From contig JAKFEA010000073.1 in assembly GCA_036675905.1 (NCBI GenBank), positions 223 through 64,222 of the forward strand: DNA of 64,000 nt. Reading direction: 5' to 3'. Below are positions 19,439-28,218 of the stretch, one piece after another; position 1 is the stretch's first letter; each line of letters begins with the position of its first letter. The translations under genes and the position numbers were made by a program. Source of the DNA: Acidovorax sp. Lineage in GTDB: Bacteria; Pseudomonadota; Gammaproteobacteria; Burkholderiales; Burkholderiaceae_C. The notes beneath the pieces are model-generated. The model worked only from the letters and a program-made list of their open reading frames with translations, made no database searches and was not told the origin of the DNA.

Positions 19439-19777
19439 ATGGACGACTTCACGGACAACGGCATCCTCAGCCTGACCACCACCGTCGGCAGTGCCGACGA
19501 CGCGCGCCGGCTGGCCCAAGCGCTCATCGAGCGCCGGCTGGCCGCCTGCGTGCAGCTGGAAGAGGGCGTGCAGTCGCACTACCGGTGGCAGGGCCGGACC
19601 TGCGCCGAGCCGGAGGCGCGCCTCACGGTCAAGACGCTGCCTTCGCAGCTGCCCGCGTTGCAGGCCTTCTTCGCCGAGCACCACCCGTTCGAATTGCCGC
19701 AGCTGCTCTGGCAAACGATGCAGGCCAGCCCGGCCTACGCCGCCTGGGTCAAGCAGGAAGTCGGCCCGCCACCCTAG
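19439..19777 (+). CDS. cutA: Divalent-cation tolerance protein CutA
   Basis: LIERRLAACVQ, SHYRWQG and HHPFELPQ motifs. Confidence 0.92.
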   Translation: MDDFTDNGILSLTTTVGSADDARRLAQALIERRLAACVQLEEGVQSHYRWQGRTCAEPEARLTVKTLPSQLPALQAFFAEHHPFELPQLLWQTMQASPAYAAWVKQEVGPPP

Positions 19778-20826
19778 CGGACCAGAAGGCGCGATGCGCC
19801 TTCGAGCACTTCGCCGACGACCGCAGCCTCCGCAAATCCATGCTCGCGGAAGAGGGCCAGCACCTGCCGCACCGACTCCTGCGAGCAGGACACCAGCAGC
19901 CCGCCACTGGTCTGCGGATCGGTGAGCAGGGCCCGCTCGGTGTCGGAGAACGTGTCCGGCAGCTGCACGTCGGCGCCGTAGCCGACCCAGTTGCGGCCGG
20001 AGGCGCCGGTGACCAGGCCATCGGCGGCCAGCTGCGCCACGCCCGGCAGCAAGGGCACCCGGCCCCAGTCCAGGGCCACCGTCATGCCGGCGCCGCGCGC
20101 CACTTCCAGCGCATGGCCGGCCAGGCCGAACCCGGTCACGTCGGTGATCGCGTGGACCCCGTCGAGCGCCGCCAGGCCCGGGCCCGGCGTGTTCAGGCGG
20201 GTCGTGGTGGCGATCAGGCGCTCGTAGCCGGCGGCATCCAGCGCCTGCTTCTTCAGCGCCGCCGACAGCACGCCCACGCCCAGCGGCTTGCCCAGCACCA
20301 GCGCGTCGCCGGCCTTGGCCCCCGCATTGCGCCGGACCTGTTTCGGGTGCACCAGCCCCAGCGCGACCAGACCGTAGATGGGCTCCACGCAGTCGATCGT
20401 GTGGCCGCCGGCCAGCGGGATGCCGGCGTCGCGGCAGACCGATTCGCCGCCCTGCAGGATGCGGGCGATGGTCCCGGTGGACAGCACGTTGACCGGCATG
20501 CCGACGATGGCCAGCGCCATGATGGGCCGCCCGCCCATGGCGTACACGTCGGAGATCGCGTTGGTCGCCGCGATGCGCCCGAAGTCGAACGGATCGTCGA
20601 CGATGGGCATGAAGAAATCGGTGGTCGCCACCAGCGCCTGCTCGTCGTTGAGCTGGTAGACCGCGGCGTCGTCAGCCGTTTCCAGGCCGACCAGCAGCTG
20701 CGGCGGAACCGGCATGCGCGAGGCGCTGCCCTGCAGGATCTGCGACAGCACGCCGGGTGCGATCTTGCAGCCGCAGCCGCCGCCGTGCGACAGGGAGGTG
20801 AGGCGGGGTTCGCCGGCCTTGTCCAT
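19774..20826 (-). CDS. selD: Selenide, water dikinase (Cys form)
   Basis: SHGGGCGCK, TTDFFMPIVDDP, GGHTID and TDPQTSGGLL motifs. Confidence 0.96.
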   Translation of the reverse strand: MDKAGEPRLTSLSHGGGCGCKIAPGVLSQILQGSASRMPVPPQLLVGLETADDAAVYQLNDEQALVATTDFFMPIVDDPFDFGRIAATNAISDVYAMGGRPIMALAIVGMPVNVLSTGTIARILQGGESVCRDAGIPLAGGHTIDCVEPIYGLVALGLVHPKQVRRNAGAKAGDALVLGKPLGVGVLSAALKKQALDAAGYERLIATTTRLNTPGPGLAALDGVHAITDVTGFGLAGHALEVARGAGMTVALDWGRVPLLPGVAQLAADGLVTGASGRNWVGYGADVQLPDTFSDTERALLTDPQTSGGLLVSCSQESVRQVLALFREHGFAEAAVVGEVLEGASRLLVR

Positions 20827-20836
20827 GAAATGCTCC

Positions 20837-21988
20837 TCAGCCCAGCAGCGCCTGCGCGAATTCGCGGGCGTTGAAGGTTTCCAGATCCTGCAGTTTCTCG
20901 CCGACGCCGATGAAGTACACCGGCACGGGCTTTTCCTGGGCGATCGCCGCCAGCACGCCGCCCTTGGCCGTGCCGTCGAGCTTGGTGATGATCAGTCCGG
21001 TCAGGCCCAGCGCCTGGTCGAAGGCCCTGACCTGCGCCAGCGCGTTCTGGCCGGTGTTGCCGTCGATGACCAGCAGCACCTCGTGCGGGGCGTCGGGCTG
21101 GGCCTTCTGCACCACGCGCTTGATCTTGCGCAGCTCCTCCATCAGGTGCAGCTGTGTCGGCAGGCGGCCCGCGGTGTCGACGATCACCACGTCCTTGCCG
21201 CGCGCGCGGCCCGCGTTGACGGCGTCGAAGCTCACCGCGGCGGGGTCGCCGCCTTCCTGGCTGACGATTTCCACCGTGTTGCGGTCGGCCCAGATCGCCA
21301 GCTGCTCGCGCGCCGCGGCGCGGAAGGTGTCGGCCGCGGCCAGCAGCACCGAGGCGCCCTCGTCCGCGAGGTGCTTGGTCAGCTTGCCGATGGAGGTGGT
21401 CTTGCCGGCGCCGTTGACGCCCGCGACCATGATCACGGTGGGCTGCCGCTCGCCGATCACCAACGCCTTCTCCAGCGGCTTGAGCATCTGCGCCAGCGCC
21501 TCGTTCAGGATGTTCTTGACCTGCACCGGCCGCGTCGCGCCGGTGGATGCGACCTTGCGCTTGACTTCATCCAGCAGGTGCTGGGTCGCCTTCACGCCGG
21601 TGTCGGCCAGCAGCAGCGCCGACTCCAGCTCCTCGTAGAGGTTGTCGTCGATCTGGCCGCCGGTGAAGACCTGGCCGATGCTGGAGCCGGTCTTGCGCAG
21701 CCCGTCGCTGAGCCGCTGCATCCAGCCCTGCCGCTCCGGCGCCACGGTCGCCGGCACCGGGATGTCCATGGCCTGCACCAGCGCGCTGCCGATGAGGCCG
21801 CCGCCGGCCGGGGCTGCAGGGGCTTGGGGCGCCGGAGCCGGTGCGACTGCAGGCGAAGGCGCAGGCGTTGCGGGCGGTGGTTCCGGCCTGGGGGCCGCCT
21901 CGGTTGCGGCCGGTGGGGGCGGAGGTGTGTCGGGGGCGGGGGCAGGTGCGGGCGTCGCCGCCGGCTTCCTGCGAAAGAAACTGAACAT
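20837..21988 (-). CDS. ftsY: Signal recognition particle receptor
   Basis: GVNGAGKTT, DTFRAAA, DTAGR and TKLDGTAKGG; Pro/Ala-rich N-terminus. Confidence 0.97.
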   Translation of the reverse strand: MFSFFRRKPAATPAPAPAPDTPPPPPAATEAAPRPEPPPATPAPSPAVAPAPAPQAPAAPAGGGLIGSALVQAMDIPVPATVAPERQGWMQRLSDGLRKTGSSIGQVFTGGQIDDNLYEELESALLLADTGVKATQHLLDEVKRKVASTGATRPVQVKNILNEALAQMLKPLEKALVIGERQPTVIMVAGVNGAGKTTSIGKLTKHLADEGASVLLAAADTFRAAAREQLAIWADRNTVEIVSQEGGDPAAVSFDAVNAGRARGKDVVIVDTAGRLPTQLHLMEELRKIKRVVQKAQPDAPHEVLLVIDGNTGQNALAQVRAFDQALGLTGLIITKLDGTAKGGVLAAIAQEKPVPVYFIGVGEKLQDLETFNAREFAQALLG

Positions 21989-22017
21989 CGAGGGTGTTTC
22001 TAGAATCAGTGGATTCT

Positions 22018-23457
22018 ATGAAACAGCCCCTGCGATGCGCGGCGGCGGCCTGCTGTGCCGCGCTGCTCCTGGCGGCTGGCGCAGTTCCCGCGCAGCAGCA
22101 GCCGCCGGCGACACCCGCCAGCGATGCGGCCCGCGCGGCGGCCGAGCCGGTCCGGTTCACCCTCGCCAATGGCATGGCGCTGATCGTCAAGCCCGACCAC
22201 CGGTCCCCCACGGCGGTGCACATGGTGTGGCTGCGCGTGGGCGCCATCGATGAAACGGATGGCAACAGTGGCGTGGCCCACGTGCTGGAGCACATGCTCT
22301 TCAAGGGCACCGACAAGCTGGCGCCGGGCGAGTTCTCGCGCCGAATCGCCGCCATGGGGGGGCGCGAGAACGCCTTCACCGCCCACGACTACACCGGCTA
22401 CCACCAGCAGATCCCGGCCAACCGCCTGGAGGAGGTGATGCGGCTGGAGGCCGACCGCTTCGCCCACAACCGGTGGGCCGACGAGGAGTTCAGGCGCGAG
22501 CTGGAGGTGGTGAAGGAAGAGCGCCGGCTGCGCATCGACGACTCGCCGCGCGCCATGCTGCACGAGGTGCTGGACGCCGTCACTTTCCTCGTCTCGCCCT
22601 ACCGGCGGCCGATCTCCGGCTGGGCCACCGACCTCGATGCCATGACGGCGCAGGACGCGCGCGAGTTCTATCGGCGCTGGTACGTGCCGGCCAACGCCGC
22701 CGTCGTGGTGGCTGGCGACGTCGATCCGGAGCAGGTGCTGCGACTGGCGCAGAAGCACTACGGCAGCATCCCGGCCCGGGCCGTGCCGCCCCGCCAGTTG
22801 CGCGAGGAGCCCGTGCAGGCAGGCATGCGACGCGCCCAGCACAAGGCGCCTGCCGAGCAGTCCTACGTGTCGCTGGCCTTCAAGGTGCCGCAGCTTCGCA
22901 GCTTCGATGGGGGCGCGGCCACCGACGATGCCGTGGCGCTCACCGTGCTGGCCGCGGTGCTGGACGGCTATCGCGGCGCGCGGCTGGAGCGCGCGCTGAC
23001 CCAGGGCCCCGACCGCGTGGCAGACAGCGTCGGCGCCGGCAACGGACTGTGGGGCCGCGGGCCGCAAACCTTCACGCTCGACGGCGTGCCGGCCGCCGGC
23101 AAGACGCCCGAGCAGGTCGAGGCCGCACTGCGCGCCGAGGTCGCCCGGGTTGCGCGCGAAGGCGTGAACGAGGACGAGCTGCAGCGGGTCAAGACGCGCT
23201 GGATCGCCGCCGAGGTCTACAAGCGCGATTCGGTATTCGCCCAGGCGCGCGAGCTGGGCAGTTTCTGGGCGCTGGGCTTGCCGCTCGATGCCAGCGAGCG
23301 GCTGATGGAGCGCCTCAAGGCCGTGACCGCGCAGCAGGTGCAATCGGTCGCCGCTCGGTATTTCGGCGACGACCAGCTCACCGTGGGCATCCTGCGGCCG
23401 CTGCCCCGCGACCCCGCGCAGCCGCGCCGGCCGCCGCCGCCCGGGTTGCGGCATTGA
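22018..23457 (+). CDS. M16 (pitrilysin-family) zinc peptidase, catalytic subunit
   Basis: HVLEH inverted zinc motif, NAFT and signal peptide. Confidence 0.92.
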   Translation: MKQPLRCAAAACCAALLLAAGAVPAQQQPPATPASDAARAAAEPVRFTLANGMALIVKPDHRSPTAVHMVWLRVGAIDETDGNSGVAHVLEHMLFKGTDKLAPGEFSRRIAAMGGRENAFTAHDYTGYHQQIPANRLEEVMRLEADRFAHNRWADEEFRRELEVVKEERRLRIDDSPRAMLHEVLDAVTFLVSPYRRPISGWATDLDAMTAQDAREFYRRWYVPANAAVVVAGDVDPEQVLRLAQKHYGSIPARAVPPRQLREEPVQAGMRRAQHKAPAEQSYVSLAFKVPQLRSFDGGAATDDAVALTVLAAVLDGYRGARLERALTQGPDRVADSVGAGNGLWGRGPQTFTLDGVPAAGKTPEQVEAALRAEVARVAREGVNEDELQRVKTRWIAAEVYKRDSVFAQARELGSFWALGLPLDASERLMERLKAVTAQQVQSVAARYFGDDQLTVGILRPLPRDPAQPRRPPPPGLRH

Positions 23458-23467
23458 GGGAGCGAGC

Positions 23468-24811
23468 ATGCGACCCCCGTTGAGTTCAATTCGCCTCCTG
23501 GCCTGCGGACTGCTCCTGCTGGCCTGGGCGGGCGCCCGGGCCGCCATCCCGATCCAGCACTGGCAGCAGCCGAGTGGCGCGCAGGTCTACCTGGTGGAAA
23601 GCCGCAGCATTCCGATGGTCGACATCCAGATCGACTTCGATGGCGGAGGCCGGCGCGACCCCGCCGGCAAGGCGGGGCTGGCCAGCGTCACGGCGGCCAT
23701 GACTGGCAAGGGCGTGCTGGCGCACGGTGGGCAGCCGGCGCTGGACGAAAACCAGCTGAGCCAGGCCTGGGCCGACCTGGGCGCCGGCTTCGGCGGCGAG
23801 GCCGGCAGCGACCGGATGAGCTTCAGCCTGCGCTCGCTCACCGATCCGGCGTTGCTGGACCGCGCGGTCGGGCTGGCGGCGCGCCAGTTCGGCGAACCGG
23901 CTTTCCCGCTGGCGGTGTGGGAGCGCGACCGCCAACGCATGTCGGCCGCCATCCGCGAGGCGAACACCCGCCCCGGCACGGTGGCAGGCAAGGCTTTCGA
24001 CCACGCCGTGTTCGACGGGCATCCGTATGGCGCCGAGGTGACCGAGGCGTCGCTCGCCGCGATCGGGGTGCCGGACATGCAAGGCTTCTTTCGCGTCCAC
24101 GTGCTGCCCTGCCGCGCCAAGGTCAGCGTGGTGGGCGACGTGGACCGCGCCCGGGCCGACGCGATCGTCGCCCGCATGCTGTCGCGCCTGCCGCAAGCCG
24201 GGGGCAGCTGCCCGGCGCTGCCGCCCGTGTCCGACGTGCCGCCGCTGGCTGCGCCGGCGACTGTCGCGATTCCCTTCGACTCGGCCCAGGCCCATGTGCT
24301 GATCGGCCAGCCGGGCTACGAGCGCAGCGACCCCGACCACTTCGCGCTGGTGGTGGGCAACTACATCCTGGGCGGCGGCGGGCTGGTGTCGCGGTTGTCG
24401 ACCGAAGTGCGCGAGAAGCGCGGCCTGTCCTACGGCGCCTACAGCTATTTCTCGCCGGGGCTGCATGCCGGCGCATTCACCATCGGACTGCAGACCCGGC
24501 CCGACCAGGCTGACGAAGCGATCGCCGTCGCGCGCCGGGTGCTGGCCGACTACGTCGCCGAGGGACCCGCGCAGGCCGAGCTGAAGGCGGCCAAGGACTA
24601 CCTGATAGGCGGCTTTCCGCTGCGCATCGACAGCAACGGCAAGCTGCTGGGCAACGTGGCGGCGATCGCCTGGTACGGGCTGCCGCTGGATTACCTGGAC
24701 ACCTGGACGGAGAAGATCGCCCGCATCACCGCGAACGATGTGCGCGCAGCCCTGCAACGCAAGCTGGATCCGGCCCGCATGGCGACGGTGACGGTCGGCG
24801 CCAAGCCCTGA
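23468..24811 (+). CDS. M16 peptidase, non-catalytic partner subunit
   Basis: No HxxEH; LGGGGLVSRL and VREKRGLSY motifs. Confidence 0.9.
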   Translation: MRPPLSSIRLLACGLLLLAWAGARAAIPIQHWQQPSGAQVYLVESRSIPMVDIQIDFDGGGRRDPAGKAGLASVTAAMTGKGVLAHGGQPALDENQLSQAWADLGAGFGGEAGSDRMSFSLRSLTDPALLDRAVGLAARQFGEPAFPLAVWERDRQRMSAAIREANTRPGTVAGKAFDHAVFDGHPYGAEVTEASLAAIGVPDMQGFFRVHVLPCRAKVSVVGDVDRARADAIVARMLSRLPQAGGSCPALPPVSDVPPLAAPATVAIPFDSAQAHVLIGQPGYERSDPDHFALVVGNYILGGGGLVSRLSTEVREKRGLSYGAYSYFSPGLHAGAFTIGLQTRPDQADEAIAVARRVLADYVAEGPAQAELKAAKDYLIGGFPLRIDSNGKLLGNVAAIAWYGLPLDYLDTWTEKIARITANDVRAALQRKLDPARMATVTVGAKP

Positions 24812-24959
24812 GTGCCGCCTGCGCGTGCCCACCTGTCAACTCTGACAGGGTCTGCCGGGTGCGGCCGCCGCTGTTGCCGAACAATGCGCCACCTGCTGTC
24901 ACACAGGGACTCGGACGGCCTCCAGAACAGAACAAGGGCCGCAACCACAGAGAGGTCGT

Positions 24960-24996
24960 GCGGCGCGGCGCCCCGGTGCCGCGCCGCTTCTTTTTT
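24960..24996 (+). terminator. Rho-independent terminator just upstream of rsmD
   Basis: GCGGCGCGGC...GCCGCGCCGC followed by TTCTTTTTT. Confidence 0.8.
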
Positions 24997-25018
24997 CGGC
25001 CTCCCGTAAGCTTGCCGC

Positions 25019-25615
25019 ATGGCCCGAGTCCATCCCCCTGCCCGCGGCGCTTCCCATGAGGTGCGCATCGTCGGCGGCCAATGGAAGCGCACCCGCTTGC
25101 CGGTCGCCGACAAGCCGGGCCTGCGGCCCACGCCCGACCGCGTGCGCGAAACCCTGTTCAACTGGCTGGGCCAGGACCTGTCCGGCTGGCACTGCCTGGA
25201 TGCCTTTGCCGGCACGGGCGCGCTCGGGTTGGAGGCTGCCTCGCGCGGGGCCGCCCGGGTGCTGCTGGTGGAACAGGACCCGGAGCTGGCAGCCACACTG
25301 CGCAACCTCAAGGAGCAGCTGTCTGCGGACACGGTCGAGGTGCGACGCGGCGATGCGCTGGCCGTGCTGGCGGAGATGGCCGGCGCCGGCCTGGACCTGG
25401 TGTTGCTGGACCCGCCGTTCGAGTCCGGCTTGTTCGAATCCGCCCTGGCCGCCGCCGTGCCTGCGCTGGCGCCAAGCGGGCTGGTCTACCTGGAGGCGCC
25501 TGCGGCCTGGACCGATGCGCAGGCCGCCGGGGTCGGCCTGGAACTGCGCCGCCACCTCAAGGCGGGGGCCGTCCACGCCCACCTCTTCGGGCGGGTCTCG
25601 GCCCCGGCCGCATAA
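25019..25615 (+). CDS. rsmD: 16S rRNA m2G966 methyltransferase
   Basis: LRPTPDRVRETLFNWL, DAFAGTGALG and DPPF. Confidence 0.95.
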   Translation: MARVHPPARGASHEVRIVGGQWKRTRLPVADKPGLRPTPDRVRETLFNWLGQDLSGWHCLDAFAGTGALGLEAASRGAARVLLVEQDPELAATLRNLKEQLSADTVEVRRGDALAVLAEMAGAGLDLVLLDPPFESGLFESALAAAVPALAPSGLVYLEAPAAWTDAQAAGVGLELRRHLKAGAVHAHLFGRVSAPAA

Positions 25616-25650
25616 TGCCCGGCGATTGACCCCTGTTCCCTTACGCGCCC

Positions 25651-26157
25651 ATGGCCCACACCCATCCCGTGATCGCCGTCTATCCCGGCACCTTCGATCC
25701 CATGACCCTGGGGCATGAGGACGTGGTCCGGCGCGCGACCCAGCTGTTCGAGAAGGTGATCGTGGCCGTGGCCGCGGGCCACCACAAGAAGGCCATGTTC
25801 TCCCTGCCCGAGCGCATCGAGATGGCCCGGGAATCGGTGCGGGAGTACCCGCAGGTCGAAGTGGAGAGCTTCTCCGGGCTGCTGCGCGACTTCGTGGTGG
25901 CGCGCGGCGGCAAGGCCATGGTGCGCGGCCTGCGCGCCGTGACCGACTTCGACTACGAGTTCCAGCTGGCGGGCATGAACCGCAGCCTGATGCCGGACGT
26001 GGAAACCGTGTTCCTCACCCCCAGCGACAAGTACCAGTTCATCAGCAGCACCTTCGTGCGCGAGATCGCCGTGCTGGGCGGCGAGGTCGACAAGTTCGTC
26101 TCGCCTTCGGTGCAGCAGCGCCTGATGGACAAGGTCCGCACCTTGGGCGCGCCTTGA
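25651..26157 (+). CDS. coaD: Phosphopantetheine adenylyltransferase
   Basis: [12 protein letters not shown] and [12 protein letters not shown]. Confidence 0.97.
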   Translation: MAHTHPVIAVYPGTFDPMTLGHEDVVRRATQLFEKVIVAVAAGHHKKAMFSLPERIEMARESVREYPQVEVESFSGLLRDFVVARGGKAMVRGLRAVTDFDYEFQLAGMNRSLMPDVETVFLTPSDKYQFISSTFVREIAVLGGEVDKFVSPSVQQRLMDKVRTLGAP

Positions 26158-26185
26158 GCCGGCCAGGCCCGCAACCTGGGCGCGC

Positions 26186-26884
26186 TTAGTCCAGTACCGC
26201 TTTCAGCCATCGCCGCAACTCGCGGTTGACGGCGTCCGGCTGCTCCATGGTGAGCATGTGGCCGCAACGCGGCACCATCACCAGCCGCGCGCCGGGCACC
26301 AGCGCAGCGATCTCGCGCGACAGCGCGGGCGGGGTCAGCTGGTCGTCCTCGCCACACATCACCAGCACGGGGCAGCGCAGCGCGGGCAGGTGGGTGCGCG
26401 CATCGGGCCTTCCGATCACGGCGCGGTTCTGCCGGATCAGCTGCTCCGCCCCGGCTTCGAGCACGAAATCGAGGTAGCGGCCGGCAAGTCGGGCATCGTT
26501 GGCTCGGTCAGGATGGAACGCCATGCCGACGTTGGGCTCGATCACCTCGCGGGCGCGCCCCTGCTCGAACAACCGGATGGCCTTCTCGCGCACCGAGCGC
26601 ATCTCCTCGTCCTCGGGCTGGGCGGTGGTGCCCAGCAGCGCCAGGCCGCGAATGCGGCCGGACGCCTGGCGGGCGGCTTCCATCGCCACCATGCCACCCA
26701 TGGAGGCGCCGCACAGCACCAGTTCGCCGGGAAAGCGGGCCAGCAACCCGGCCGCCATCTCGGTCAGGGTCTCGTGGCGCATGTGGACGTCGCTCACTTG
26801 GGGGCGCAAGTCGGCCAGCCCGGCGAGCTGATCGCGCCACATCGCTTCGTTGCCGGCCAGGCCGGGCAGCAGCACCAGGGTCAT
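26186..26884 (-). CDS. Alpha/beta-fold hydrolase
   Basis: LLPG oxyanion motif, GASMGG nucleophile elbow, GEDD and CGHML. Confidence 0.9.
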   Translation of the reverse strand: MTLVLLPGLAGNEAMWRDQLAGLADLRPQVSDVHMRHETLTEMAAGLLARFPGELVLCGASMGGMVAMEAARQASGRIRGLALLGTTAQPEDEEMRSVREKAIRLFEQGRAREVIEPNVGMAFHPDRANDARLAGRYLDFVLEAGAEQLIRQNRAVIGRPDARTHLPALRCPVLVMCGEDDQLTPPALSREIAALVPGARLVMVPRCGHMLTMEQPDAVNRELRRWLKAVLD

Positions 26885-28218
26885 GCGAAACGATCGGCCA
26901 CGTCACCGAGGCCCAGGAAGTCGTGGAGTTGCGCGGCCTGCCGGCGCAGGCGGCGCGATTCGGGTTGCCGGCGCAGTTGCGGCAGCAACAGGTTCTGGGC
27001 GCCACCCAGCCGGCCGCTGCGCACCAGCGCGTCGAGTTGGATCTGCGAGAACAGGTCGCGCTGGGCATGGCTGCCGCCGATCTCCAGCATGCGGGGCAGC
27101 GCCTGCCCGAGTTCGCGTGCGGCGGTGGCGTGTTCGCCCCGCGCCCAGGCCAGCAGGCCGCGTGCGGCCGGCACGCCGACGTCTTGCCAGGTCTCCCGCT
27201 CGGCCGGCGGCGCGACGCGGGCATGGGCTTCGATGTTGCGCAGCAGGGTGTCGGCCTCCGGCCGACCGGCCCGCGCCAGGCCCAGCAGGTACTGCAGGTC
27301 CAGGAAGGCCAGCACCTGGTCGGCGGTGCGGGGCGCCAGGTAGTCGGCCACGTCCTGCCAGCGGTCGCCGACGTCCACTCCGGCGAGCTCCAGCCGCGCG
27401 AGCAGCGAGACGGCGTTTGCCTGGTCCTGGCTGTAGTCCTTGGCCACGCCCCAGACCTGCCGGTCGTACAGCGCCAGCACCTCGTCGGCGCGGTCCAGCT
27501 CCAGTGCGAACAGGGCCTGGTGCCACCAGTTGTGCGTGACCATGAACGAGTTCAGGCCCTGCCAGGTGTCGCTGACGTCCTGCATGAACGCATGGCCTTC
27601 CTCGATGCGGCCTTGCGTGAGCATCACGTGCGCCAGCGCATGGTGGGCCCAGGGCTCCTTGCGGCACATGGCGATGGCTTGCCGCGCGTGCAACTCGGCC
27701 TGCTCCAGGCCATGGCACTGCTCCCAGCCGAAAGCCAGCATGCCGTGCAGGTAGGGCACGTCGCCGGCGGCGGGCAGTGCGGCCAGCGCCAGCCGCAGCA
27801 TGCCCGGCGAATCGCCGCGGTTGAACAGGTGGTACTGCCCGAGCTTGAGCGAAGCGAGGTCGCGCCGGTGCTCGTGCGCCTGCTCCTGGTGCAGGCGGAT
27901 CGCGCGTGGCACGTCGCCCTCGACCCAGGCGGCAACGGCGTGGATGAAGCGCTGCTCGCGCGGCGTCGTGCGGCGGGCGCCCGCCAGTGCCTTGTCGATG
28001 AAGGGGCGGGCGTTGCCGGGTGCGGCGGGCGATTCCGCGAACATGTGCACCGCCGCCACGCTGGCCTGGACGATGGGCGAAGGATCCTCGGCTGCCGACA
28101 GCACGTTGACGGCGCGCGCCTCGCTGGCAATGAAGCCCTGGACGAAATCGTCGAGGGCCGCCAGCGCAACGCTGCCGGGCTCGAGCGTGACCGGGTTGCC
28201 GAGCGCGTCAGTCGACAT
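26881..28218 (-). CDS. TPR protein of the TTC38-like family
   Basis: WAHHALAHV, THNWWHQAL and IGGSHAQRD motifs typical of TTC38 homologues. Confidence 0.8.
   Translation of the reverse strand: MSTDALGNPVTLEPGSVALAALDDFVQGFIASEARAVNVLSAAEDPSPIVQASVAAVHMFAESPAAPGNARPFIDKALAGARRTTPREQRFIHAVAAWVEGDVPRAIRLHQEQAHEHRRDLASLKLGQYHLFNRGDSPGMLRLALAALPAAGDVPYLHGMLAFGWEQCHGLEQAELHARQAIAMCRKEPWAHHALAHVMLTQGRIEEGHAFMQDVSDTWQGLNSFMVTHNWWHQALFALELDRADEVLALYDRQVWGVAKDYSQDQANAVSLLARLELAGVDVGDRWQDVADYLAPRTADQVLAFLDLQYLLGLARAGRPEADTLLRNIEAHARVAPPAERETWQDVGVPAARGLLAWARGEHATAARELGQALPRMLEIGGSHAQRDLFSQIQLDALVRSGRLGGAQNLLLPQLRRQPESRRLRRQAAQLHDFLGLGDVADRFA

Noticed and set aside
19774-20826. Selenocysteine-containing SelD
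   Set aside because: The active-site motif is GGGCGCK encoded with Cys codons, and there is no in-frame TGA.
21780-21965. Low-complexity GC-rich repeat-like tract
   Set aside because: It encodes the ordinary Pro/Ala-rich N-terminal linker of FtsY.
24812-25059. Small ORFs 24812..25009 and 24859..25059
   Set aside because: They have no RBS or family resemblance and run through a terminator. An RNA-level explanation fits better.
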